Of a DNA stretch of 64,000 nucleotides, positions 17,327-25,657 are shown one piece after another. Made by a program: the position numbers and the translations under genes. The notes below the pieces were generated by a model that was given only the letters and a program-made list of their open reading frames with translations, was not told the DNA's origin and made no database searches. Positions within the stretch are counted from its first letter, which is position 1. Every line of letters starts with the position of its first letter. The DNA comes from Verrucomicrobiia bacterium (GTDB lineage Bacteria > Verrucomicrobiota > Verrucomicrobiia > Limisphaerales > UBA1319): contig OY760937.1 of the NCBI GenBank assembly GCA_963664225.1, positions 1,599,236 to 1,663,235 of the forward strand, given 5' to 3'.

Positions 17327-18982
17327 TTGAAATTCATGATGCTGAATAAAATCAAATTAAACGTGCTGGTCGGGAAGAGTGTATTGGCCCGGCTTGCCGG
17401 TATTCTCTTGATGGCCCTCGTCCTCGCCTCCGTCGCGTCTCATCCCCTTGCGGCGGAACAGGCGCATCCTGCCCATAATCCCATTACCTGGGCCGATGTT
17501 CCGGACATCGCAATGATCCGTGTAGGAAAAACCTATTACATGAGCAGCACGACGATGCACATGAGCCCGGGCCTCCCGATCATGAAGTCGGCGGACCTGG
17601 TCAACTGGAGTATGGCCTCCTACGCCTATGAAACCCTCGCCGACAACGAAGCCCTCCGCCTCGAAAACGGCAAAAACGCCTACGGTCAGGGCTCCTGGGC
17701 CAGCAGCCTGCGTTTCCACGACGGCGTATTCTATGCCTCGACTTTCTCCGCCACCAGCGGACGCACTCACATCTACAGCACGCGCGATCCGGAGCGCGGC
17801 CCGTGGAAAGCGACGAGTTTCGAGCCCTTGCTGGGTGACCACAGCCTGTTTTTCGACGACGATGGTCGCGTTTACATGGTTTACGGGGGCGGTCGCATCA
17901 GGCTCACCGAGCTGCAACCCGATCTCTCCGGAATCAAGCCCGGTGGCGTGAACAAGGTCATCGTCGAAAACGTCAACGCCCTCTTCGGCGCCGACCAGGG
18001 TGGGCTCAAGGGCGAGGGCTCGCAGCTTTTCAAGATCAATGGCCGCTACTACCTCTTCAACATCGCCTCGCCCGGGAGCCGCTGGGCGCGCACCGTCATC
18101 GTCCACCGCGCCGACTCAATCAACGGTCCCTACGAGGGTCGCATCGCGCTCGATGATCGCGGTATCGCCCAGGGCGGCCTCATCGACACCCCGGAAGGCA
18201 AATGGTATGCCTATCTTTTCAAGGACAACGACGCCGTCGGTCGCATCCCCTACCTCGTGCCGGTGACTTGGAAGGACGGCTGGCCCGTTCTCGGTGAAAA
18301 CGGCAAGGCGCCCATGACGCTCGACATCCCCGCCGGCGGACAAGGCGTCTCCGGTGTCTCCGGCATCGTCGCCTCTGACGAATTCGACCGCGAGCCCGGC
18401 ACCCTCGACCTGCCCCTCGCCTGGCAATGGAATCACAATCCCGAGTCTCGTTTCTGGTCGCTCGCCAAGCGCCCGGGGTACCTGAGCTTCGTCACCAGCC
18501 GGATCGTTTCCACTCTGCCCGAGGCCCCGAATACTCTCACCCAGCGCACCTTTGGCCCTCGCAGTTCCGCCACCACCAGCATCGACGTGAGCGGCATGAA
18601 GGACGGCGACTACGCCGGCATCGCCGCATTTCAGAAACGCTATGGTTTTGTGGGCGTAAAGATGAGCGACGGCGCCAGATCTCTCGTCATGGTGAGTGCC
18701 GACTCCGACAAACCCGAGGAAATCGCCTCCGTTCCCCTCACTGGCAAAACAGTTCACCTCAAGGTCGAATGCGAATTTCAGCCCGCGCCTGAAGTCGCGC
18801 ACTTCTCCTACAGCCTCGACGGCAAATCCTGGACACCCCTCGGTCGTCCCTCGCGCCTTTCCTACACCGTGCCGCACTTCATGGGTTATCGCTTCGCCCT
18901 CTTCTATTATTCGACCAAGACTCCCGGCGGCCGTGTGGACTTTGACTACTACCGAGTCGGGCAAAGCGGCGACTCACTCTGA
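17327..18982 (+). CDS. glycoside hydrolase family 43-like protein (beta-xylosidase/arabinofuranosidase type) with signal peptide
   Basis: NPITWADVPDIAMIRVGKTYYMSSTTMHMSPGLPIMKSADLVNW, five-bladed-propeller-type repeats, and a C-terminal lectin-like domain. The N-terminus is a hydrophobic signal. Confidence 0.8.
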   Translation: MKFMMLNKIKLNVLVGKSVLARLAGILLMALVLASVASHPLAAEQAHPAHNPITWADVPDIAMIRVGKTYYMSSTTMHMSPGLPIMKSADLVNWSMASYAYETLADNEALRLENGKNAYGQGSWASSLRFHDGVFYASTFSATSGRTHIYSTRDPERGPWKATSFEPLLGDHSLFFDDDGRVYMVYGGGRIRLTELQPDLSGIKPGGVNKVIVENVNALFGADQGGLKGEGSQLFKINGRYYLFNIASPGSRWARTVIVHRADSINGPYEGRIALDDRGIAQGGLIDTPEGKWYAYLFKDNDAVGRIPYLVPVTWKDGWPVLGENGKAPMTLDIPAGGQGVSGVSGIVASDEFDREPGTLDLPLAWQWNHNPESRFWSLAKRPGYLSFVTSRIVSTLPEAPNTLTQRTFGPRSSATTSIDVSGMKDGDYAGIAAFQKRYGFVGVKMSDGARSLVMVSADSDKPEEIASVPLTGKTVHLKVECEFQPAPEVAHFSYSLDGKSWTPLGRPSRLSYTVPHFMGYRFALFYYSTKTPGGRVDFDYYRVGQSGDSL

Positions 18983-19103
18983 CCTTCGCCTTTCCTTTTC
19001 AAGGGTCGTGGAAGGGTCTGGAAGAGTTGGTCCGACAAACGACAATTTGGAATGGATTTGCGGAATGTCGCTGCAGTGAATTTGGTGGGGGTATATCGGC
19101 ACG

Positions 19104-19260
19104 ACAATGACCACCAGGGTATCACCGAAGCCCGCATTGACCTCCACCTCGATGGGATAGGCGTCAATACCGGCCAGCGCCGCCGAACAAACCTTGGCCA
19201 ACATGGAAACGATTTATGCGCAAACCCGCGCCTTTGCGCAATGGAATAATGGCGCAGGCC
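19104..19260 (-). repeat. comM 5'-end repeat, copy C (leader + first ~33 codons, then truncated)
   Basis: ATG at 19204. [34 protein letters not shown] then diverges. Has the same upstream palindrome as copy A. Confidence 0.85.
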
Positions 19261-19370
19261 TTCTCCCATTTCGCGGTTTAAAAATCCGCGTTCCTCTGCA
19301 GTCCGGCAATCATCCCGCTTAATCCTGTCATCCTGTCTCATTTTCTTCGCGGCTTCACGTGCGTCCGTCC

Positions 19371-20096
19371 CTACCCGCCACACCCCAAATCCACCACATG
19401 CGCGCCCGGAACCTTCGCATCAATGATCCACCGCGCTAGATTCGTCCAACGCGAACACCGATCCAGTATCACGCTATCCGAAGTGGCGACGCCATGACTC
19501 GTCTCACACAAAACCTTGTCGGGGCTGAAAACCAATTCCACCTCCCAGTGCCAGCCCATGCGCCCCGCCAAATCTAGGAGAACGCGCTTGAGCCGACCGC
19601 TGTTGGACACCGGGCTGTCCAGCCACCAGCGGCACGTGGCAATTTCCCACGCGGCCAGAGTTTCACCCAGCATACGCAAGGCGGGCATGGTTTCTTCCAC
19701 CGGTCGATATCCGCCGTGCGTGCCAGCCATATCCCGATAACACCCATCGCGCCCCCGCAGGATCACCCCGCCAGCCATCGCGGACTCAAGGATGTTCAGG
19801 ATATTATAGCCATCCAGCCAGAGCTCGCCGTTGCGGATTTGCGCGGGCGCAACCTCATGCTGCTGACGCCGCAGCAACATTGCATCCGAACAGACACAGC
19901 GGCCCACTGCAATCCGCTGCCGACGTATCAGCTCGTAGCGATTGCCCACCAATTCCAGCGAAGAAGCCAGCGCATAACCGTGATTCAGCAGCCAGCATAA
20001 ATCCCCCGCCGCCTGGCGCATGACGCCACAGGCTTCCGGGGCGAATAGCCGGGCATCCTCCGGGTCCGGCCCGCGATGTCGCCGTTTTTCGGGCAT
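19371..20096 (-). CDS. DUF434-like protein with C-terminal NYN/YacP-like putative nuclease domain
   Basis: Likely start is MPEKRRHRGPDPEDARLF. GDLCWLLNHGYALASSLELVGNRYELIRRQR is DUF434-like (from memory). WLDGYNILNILE resembles the (V/L)DGYN motif of NYN/YacP domains. Confidence 0.6.
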   Translation of the reverse strand: MPEKRRHRGPDPEDARLFAPEACGVMRQAAGDLCWLLNHGYALASSLELVGNRYELIRRQRIAVGRCVCSDAMLLRRQQHEVAPAQIRNGELWLDGYNILNILESAMAGGVILRGRDGCYRDMAGTHGGYRPVEETMPALRMLGETLAAWEIATCRWWLDSPVSNSGRLKRVLLDLAGRMGWHWEVELVFSPDKVLCETSHGVATSDSVILDRCSRWTNLARWIIDAKVPGAHVVDLGCGG

Positions 20097-20256
20097 GCCC
20101 CAATCTGCACCCGCCGTGCCTGCGGCGAAAAGAATTTTTCCCGGTCCCGGGCGGGAGCCCACTCGCACGCGACATTCAGGACAATCTCTTTTTCCCTGTT
20201 TGTGCCTCAGTGCCTTTGGGGTCCATTTCTTTCCCGATACTGGGCAACAGCCCGCC

Positions 20257-21480
20257 TCATTCCAAGGTCGCCTTCTGCTCGGTCTGGATGAATTCCTCGT
20301 TGTCCTCGTAGGCGGTCCTTCTGGAACCCGTCGCGCGGATGATATACCCGGACACCAGCCCGCCCGTCAGCGCCAGGACAAGCGTCGTGCCGATTCCAAC
20401 CAGTTGAGCCTTTGCGATGCCTGGAACAACCAGCACCGCCACCAGTCCGCCGAAGAGTCCCGGCATTCCGTGCAGGTTATGCACTCCGCAGGTGTCCACA
20501 ATGCGAAACGTGTTTTTGATTTTGCCCTGCACCACCGCGTAGCCAAAAACACACAGCAGCCCCGCCAGCGCTCCGATCCCCAGAGCCGTGGGGGCGCTGA
20601 CCATGTTGCAGGTGGCGCCAATCGAAACACCGCCCGCCAGCGCCGCATTGGCGATGTCGCCGATCATGACCTTGCCTTTATTAAACACCGCGCTGAAAAC
20701 GCAGGTGGAGATCGTGGCCCCGCACAAGGCGAAAACAGTGTTCACGGCCGTGGCGGCCACTTGTTCCGGCGGAACAACCGCGCAGCAAAAGCTCGGCCAG
20801 AACAACCAGAGCACCATGGAGCCAATCATGGAAAAACGATTCGAGGTGGCGTCGCCGGGTATTTCCTTTTCCAGGTGGTTCGCCTGCGTCAACGCCACGG
20901 CCAGTCCCAGTCCAAAATAGGCCCCAAACGCATGAATGATGATCGATCCGGCGGAATCCACAAAACCCCTGGTGATGCCCAACCCCCCGTCCAGCACCAG
21001 CCACTCGTTGAGCATATAGAACGGCACAAGCAACAACGCCAGCAGCCCGTATTGATGCAGCCGCACCCGTCCCAGCACCGCCCCGGTCGCGATCAACGCC
21101 GAGGCCACGGCAAATTCAGCCAGCAGCAAGCCCTTGATGCTCTGCATCGGCACCACTTCCGCCGTCAGCACCCCCATCGACCTCAGAATAAAATAGACCG
21201 GCAATCCCACCGACGTCACCAGAAACGTGCCCGTCGTGGCGCTGTATCCGTAGTTCCTCACGAACACCATGAGAAAACCGAACCCGACCAGCAGCATGGC
21301 CAGGATGTGAATCGCAAAATTGTATTGCTGCACCTCGCGCAACGCCGTGGCCGCGCTGACCGCCGCCGGGGCCTCAGCCATTCCAAGAACGGGCATCAGC
21401 AGCAGGCCTGTCAGGACGCACTTACTCAGCCTGTTAAAATTGGACCTTCTGGCGGGTTGAGAAGCGGGATTTATGTCCAT
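20257..21480 (-). CDS. ammonium transporter, Rh-like (Amt/MEP/Rh family)
   Basis: About 11-12 TM segments. IHAFGAYFGLGLAVAL and GVHNLHGMPGLFGGL are Rh50-type signatures. The likely start is the ATG at 21480 (MDINPASQ...). Confidence 0.85.
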   Translation of the reverse strand: MDINPASQPARRSNFNRLSKCVLTGLLLMPVLGMAEAPAAVSAATALREVQQYNFAIHILAMLLVGFGFLMVFVRNYGYSATTGTFLVTSVGLPVYFILRSMGVLTAEVVPMQSIKGLLLAEFAVASALIATGAVLGRVRLHQYGLLALLLVPFYMLNEWLVLDGGLGITRGFVDSAGSIIIHAFGAYFGLGLAVALTQANHLEKEIPGDATSNRFSMIGSMVLWLFWPSFCCAVVPPEQVAATAVNTVFALCGATISTCVFSAVFNKGKVMIGDIANAALAGGVSIGATCNMVSAPTALGIGALAGLLCVFGYAVVQGKIKNTFRIVDTCGVHNLHGMPGLFGGLVAVLVVPGIAKAQLVGIGTTLVLALTGGLVSGYIIRATGSRRTAYEDNEEFIQTEQKATLE

Positions 21481-21712
21481 GCAATGGAATGGGGTGGAGC
21501 TGCGCCGAAACACGCCACAGTTCGTGGTGCGGCGATGCAGCCTGGATTTTGTGAATGCGGTAATGAGCTGTGAGTTTTCATATCCACCGCACAAAGTCAA
21601 GCCCAGCCTGCGCTGAATGGAATATCAAAAAGAAGCAATAAGGCAAAAAATAACAAGGACGTTGCTTTTTTTCTTGCATGTAAACGGCATGTTCATCTTA
21701 GATGAAACCATC

Positions 21713-23353
21713 ATGGCTGCAAAGACTCGTTTTGTTAATTTGGACGCAATGATTCCGAGGGCTGACTTTGCCTTAGAACCAAACAACTCCGTAAGCGGCA
21801 ACACAAGTTTCCATTCAATTTCTGTGAAAGATTTGCAGACAGGAGGCCTGATCCGCCCCACTCTTCGCAAACCAGACTTCCAGAGGGAAACAAATCATTG
21901 GTCACCAGAACAGGTAGTTTCCTTGCTCGAGTGCTTTTTCAATGGTGACCTGATTCCATCGGTCATCGTCTGGAAATCGCCAACATATCTTTTTGTCATA
22001 GACGGAGGGCATCGGCTAAGCGCGATCAGGGCATGGATTGAGGATGACTATGGCGACGGACCAGTGTCTCGTTCATTCTTTGGCGACGCAATTTCGAAAG
22101 AGCAAAAAGCCACTGCTGCAAAAACCCGCGATTTAATTGCGAAAGGAATCGGAAAGTGGCAGCACATCCAGTCGAGTATGGAAAATCCTAGTCTGGATGA
22201 TACAGAACGCCGACGGATTTTGCCAGTTGTATCGCGAGCAATCCCAGTCCAATGGGTTGAGGGTAATGCGGAAAAGGCTGAAGCCTCTTTCTTCAAAATT
22301 AACACACAAGGCACTGCACTGGACGATATTGAGGAACTCTTGCTTTCCAACAGAAGGAAACCAATTGCTATAGCGTCTCGAGCCGTGATTCGAGCAGGAA
22401 TGGGACATCGCTACTGGTCACGTTTTTCACATCCCGTCCCTGAACAAATTGAGGAATTGGCGAAGAAAATTCATTCTACACTCTTCCAACCAGAGGCCGA
22501 AACACCGACTAAAACCTTAGACCTTCCGCTTGGTGGCCCAACAGGGGTGCGCGCCGCGCTACAAATACTAATTGAGTGTGCTCTTGCTGCCAACAGGGAC
22601 CAAAGCGGCAATCCGAAGAAACTGAAGGATCAAGCAGACGACGATACCGGTGATGCAACCAAAGAGACCCTTTCTCGCATGCTTGGTTTGGCACATCGGA
22701 TGACTGGCAATGACAAGGGAAGCCTGGGACTTTATCCAGCAATATATTTTTATGGTCCAACAGGACGCCACCTAAGTCCCATGTTTCTAGGCGTTGTTCT
22801 ATTGCTAAGCCGGAAGATGATCAATAACGATAAGGCCTTTTTCTCGAATTTCACAAACGTTCGCGGCAAGCTCGAGAATATTCTGATAGAGCACAAAGAT
22901 CTCATCGCTACAATCCTCCAAAAGACAATCAGCAGCAAGCGAGTCGTCACCTACGCAGATTTGCTAAATACCCTTGTCGAGAAACTAAACGCCGATGCTT
23001 GCGGGGTAATAAAGGAGTCGGATCTTGTTTCTTTTGCGGGGCTAAATGGCAAAATCATTACAGGGACCTCAGAAGACGTCAGCGCAAGATTCTCTGATGA
23101 TATAAAGAGTGCGGTGTTTATCAAAACCGCACTAAAATCAGCAATCAAATGTCCTATTTGCGATGGTTATTTAGACACAACAAAGTCTGTCTCTTACGAT
23201 CACATTACCGAAAAGGCTATAGGTGGTAAGGGAGACGAACAGAATTGTCAGCTGACACACCCGTATTGCAATCAGTCTGTCAAAAATGGAGTCTTTCAGG
23301 CTGCCATCCCATTCCATCTTGAACAGCCCGTGTCCTCGGTGGAAGATGTTTAA
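21713..23353 (+). CDS. DUF262/ParB-like nuclease domain protein with C-terminal HNH motif (GmrSD-like)
   Basis: KPDFQRETNHWSPEQVVSLL...FVIDGGHRLSAIRAWI and FFKINTQGTALDDIE are DUF262/DGQHR-like. The C-terminal CPICDGYL..YDHITEKAIGGKGDEQNCQLTHPYCNQSVK is HNH-like. The ORF is open from 21617, with alternative ATGs at 21689 and 21713. It is visibly AT-richer than the flanks. Confidence 0.75.
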   Translation: MAAKTRFVNLDAMIPRADFALEPNNSVSGNTSFHSISVKDLQTGGLIRPTLRKPDFQRETNHWSPEQVVSLLECFFNGDLIPSVIVWKSPTYLFVIDGGHRLSAIRAWIEDDYGDGPVSRSFFGDAISKEQKATAAKTRDLIAKGIGKWQHIQSSMENPSLDDTERRRILPVVSRAIPVQWVEGNAEKAEASFFKINTQGTALDDIEELLLSNRRKPIAIASRAVIRAGMGHRYWSRFSHPVPEQIEELAKKIHSTLFQPEAETPTKTLDLPLGGPTGVRAALQILIECALAANRDQSGNPKKLKDQADDDTGDATKETLSRMLGLAHRMTGNDKGSLGLYPAIYFYGPTGRHLSPMFLGVVLLLSRKMINNDKAFFSNFTNVRGKLENILIEHKDLIATILQKTISSKRVVTYADLLNTLVEKLNADACGVIKESDLVSFAGLNGKIITGTSEDVSARFSDDIKSAVFIKTALKSAIKCPICDGYLDTTKSVSYDHITEKAIGGKGDEQNCQLTHPYCNQSVKNGVFQAAIPFHLEQPVSSVEDV

Positions 23354-23497
23354 ATGGGTGATGTCGTCTTCTGCATCAAGACAATTTAATTAGCGGTTTA
23401 ACCTTTGCATGCCATGGCGGGCTGATGCTCAATTGCACTGCATACAATTGATAATTTGACAATGGCCCCATCGAATTCGATATTTAGCAAGGATTTT

Positions 23498-24148
23498 ATG
23501 AAAAGGCCATTCCAAACAGCACTCATTCCCGCCGTCTTGTGTCTGATTCTGATCACCGGCTGCCGCAGCACCTATTACGCCGCCTACGAGAAGGTCGGCG
23601 TCTATAAGCGCGATCTGCTCAAGAAGGATGTCCAGAAAGCCCGGGACGACCAGGCCGACGCCCAGCAGCAGTTCAAGGACGCCATGACCCGTCTCAAGGA
23701 AATCACCAAGTTCGATGGCGGCGACCTGGAAAAACGCTACAACGCGCTCAAGGACGACTACAACGGGTGCGTCACCCGTGTCGATAGCGTGCACAAGCGC
23801 GTCAAGGAGGTCGAAACGGTGTCCACCGACCTCTTCGCCGAATGGGAGAAGGAGATTCAGCAAATCGGCACTCCGTCCTTGCGCGACGCCAGTCGTCAGC
23901 AGCTCACCTCCACCCGCCAGAAATACGACGAACTCCACGCCGCCCTCAAGCGCGCGGAAGAGAGCATGGATCCCGTCCTCCGTCAGTTCAACGATTACGT
24001 GCTCTACCTCAAGCACAGCCTGAACGCCGAGGCCATCGCTTCATTGAAGGGCGAAACCGCCAGCATCCAGGCGGAGATTTCCAAGCTGATCGAACAGATG
24101 AACACCTCGATTCAGCACGCGGACGAGTTCGTCAAATCCATGAAGTGA
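23498..24148 (+). CDS. DUF2959-like lipoprotein
   Basis: Lipobox LILITGC. YYAAYEKVGVYKRDLLKKDVQKARDDQADAQQQFKDAM is typical of DUF2959 (from memory). Confidence 0.7.
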   Translation: MKRPFQTALIPAVLCLILITGCRSTYYAAYEKVGVYKRDLLKKDVQKARDDQADAQQQFKDAMTRLKEITKFDGGDLEKRYNALKDDYNGCVTRVDSVHKRVKEVETVSTDLFAEWEKEIQQIGTPSLRDASRQQLTSTRQKYDELHAALKRAEESMDPVLRQFNDYVLYLKHSLNAEAIASLKGETASIQAEISKLIEQMNTSIQHADEFVKSMK

Positions 24149-24159
24149 TCGGCATCCGA

Positions 24160-25545
24160 TCAGCGGATCGGTGCGCCTGGATTCCGCACGTCCAGGCACT
24201 TCATTTGATTCTGGTCGCGCACGATCAATTTTCCATCAGATAGCGCCAGCGGAGCCCAGACGTTGCCGTGCTTCGCCTCCAGCACCTTGGCGCTCCCCAA
24301 CACCTTCGCGCCGGCATCGGAAAGCCCGAGCATATAAAGCACCCCCGTTCTGCCGTGCAGCACGAACGCCAGATCGTCCGCGATCAGATAACCTCCAGAA
24401 TCGAATTGCAGATCCACGCCCGTCTGCCATAGCGGCTGACCGTCCAGGCCCAGACAAACCAGGCCGTTCTGGTTGCCCCCCTGATCCTTGAAGCACGTGA
24501 GATAAATCCGACCCTTATAGAGCACCGGCGACTGCAGCTTCGGCGTCGCCTTCGGATTGTGCGTCAGCAGTTTGACGCCCCATTGCTCCCCTGTGTGCGA
24601 CGCCTGCAAAATGAACGAGCCCATATTGTATCCGCCGGTGATGAACAGCCGGTCCTCTCCAATCTGCACCGGCTGCGGAATCGGAATTTTGTGCGGCTTG
24701 GGACTCTGCGTTTTCCATAGAATCGCGCCCGTGCCCGGATCGACCGAGGTGATATTGGACCGCGGCGCGTCATCCGGCGACTTCTCAGGATCGCTCGGCT
24801 GGGCCAGCATGATCACCTGGTCCACGCCGCACAAAGTCGCCAGGTAGGGACTGACATGGCTGTACCAGTTGCGCCCGATATACTCCGAGCGCCACCGGAT
24901 TTTCCCCGTCGCCTTTTCGTAGGCCACCAGGCCGACCTTCTGCGTCTGCGGAGCAACAATGACGAGATCACGGTAAAGCAGCGGCGCCTGCGTGATGCCC
25001 CACATGGGAACCTGCGTGCGCCGCAGTGTATCCTCCCGGTTCGTCGGCGCCTGGCTGATGTCGATGGCCGGATCCTTGAAATCATTCACCAGATGCCTGC
25101 TCCACACAATCGCATGCGTCTTCCGGTCAATGCACTGAAACTCGCCCAACGGACCCGCCACAAACACAAACTTCTCATCCACCGTCGGAATCGACCTCGA
25201 ACCATTCTCCGCATACTTCCCCGGCGCATCCCAGGCCACCTTCCAAAGCTCCCGCCCGCTCGCCAACTCCAGGCACCGCAGCACATCCTGCGTATCCGGC
25301 ACCCGATCCACCAGATACACCTCCCCGTCCCGGATGGCCGGTCCGGCATAACCCTCGCCCACATCCACCGTCCACAAAACCCGCGGCCCCTCCGCAGCCC
25401 ACGCATGCGCCAGATTCGCCTCCAGCGACGCCCCCGTGCAATTCGGCCCCCCATACCTCGGCCAGTCGGCGGCCTGACACACCGCGGCAGCCCACATGCA
25501 AACGATCACAGCAAATCGGTTTAATTGCTTTTCACGGAAAATCAT
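24160..25545 (-). CDS. PQQ-like beta-propeller repeat protein, secreted
   Basis: A signal peptide is followed by ADWPRYGGPNCTG. Repeated blades (GEVYLVDR, KFVFVAG, DRLFITGG, GRIYLT). Confidence 0.8.
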   Translation of the reverse strand: MIFREKQLNRFAVIVCMWAAAVCQAADWPRYGGPNCTGASLEANLAHAWAAEGPRVLWTVDVGEGYAGPAIRDGEVYLVDRVPDTQDVLRCLELASGRELWKVAWDAPGKYAENGSRSIPTVDEKFVFVAGPLGEFQCIDRKTHAIVWSRHLVNDFKDPAIDISQAPTNREDTLRRTQVPMWGITQAPLLYRDLVIVAPQTQKVGLVAYEKATGKIRWRSEYIGRNWYSHVSPYLATLCGVDQVIMLAQPSDPEKSPDDAPRSNITSVDPGTGAILWKTQSPKPHKIPIPQPVQIGEDRLFITGGYNMGSFILQASHTGEQWGVKLLTHNPKATPKLQSPVLYKGRIYLTCFKDQGGNQNGLVCLGLDGQPLWQTGVDLQFDSGGYLIADDLAFVLHGRTGVLYMLGLSDAGAKVLGSAKVLEAKHGNVWAPLALSDGKLIVRDQNQMKCLDVRNPGAPIR

Positions 25546-25657
25546 CCATGAAGAAAACAGTCTTTTTGAATCGGGGGCAAATGAAATTCAATCCTCCGCT
25601 CCCCATCCTGTCCATCCTGTTAATTCTGTCCACCCATGTAAATTTCCAGTCCCGCCA

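Noticed and set aside
20020-21573. A 517-aa plus-strand ORF rich in R/H/Q.
   Set aside because: It is antisense to the Rh-type ammonium transporter, and its compositional bias indicates a non-coding frame.
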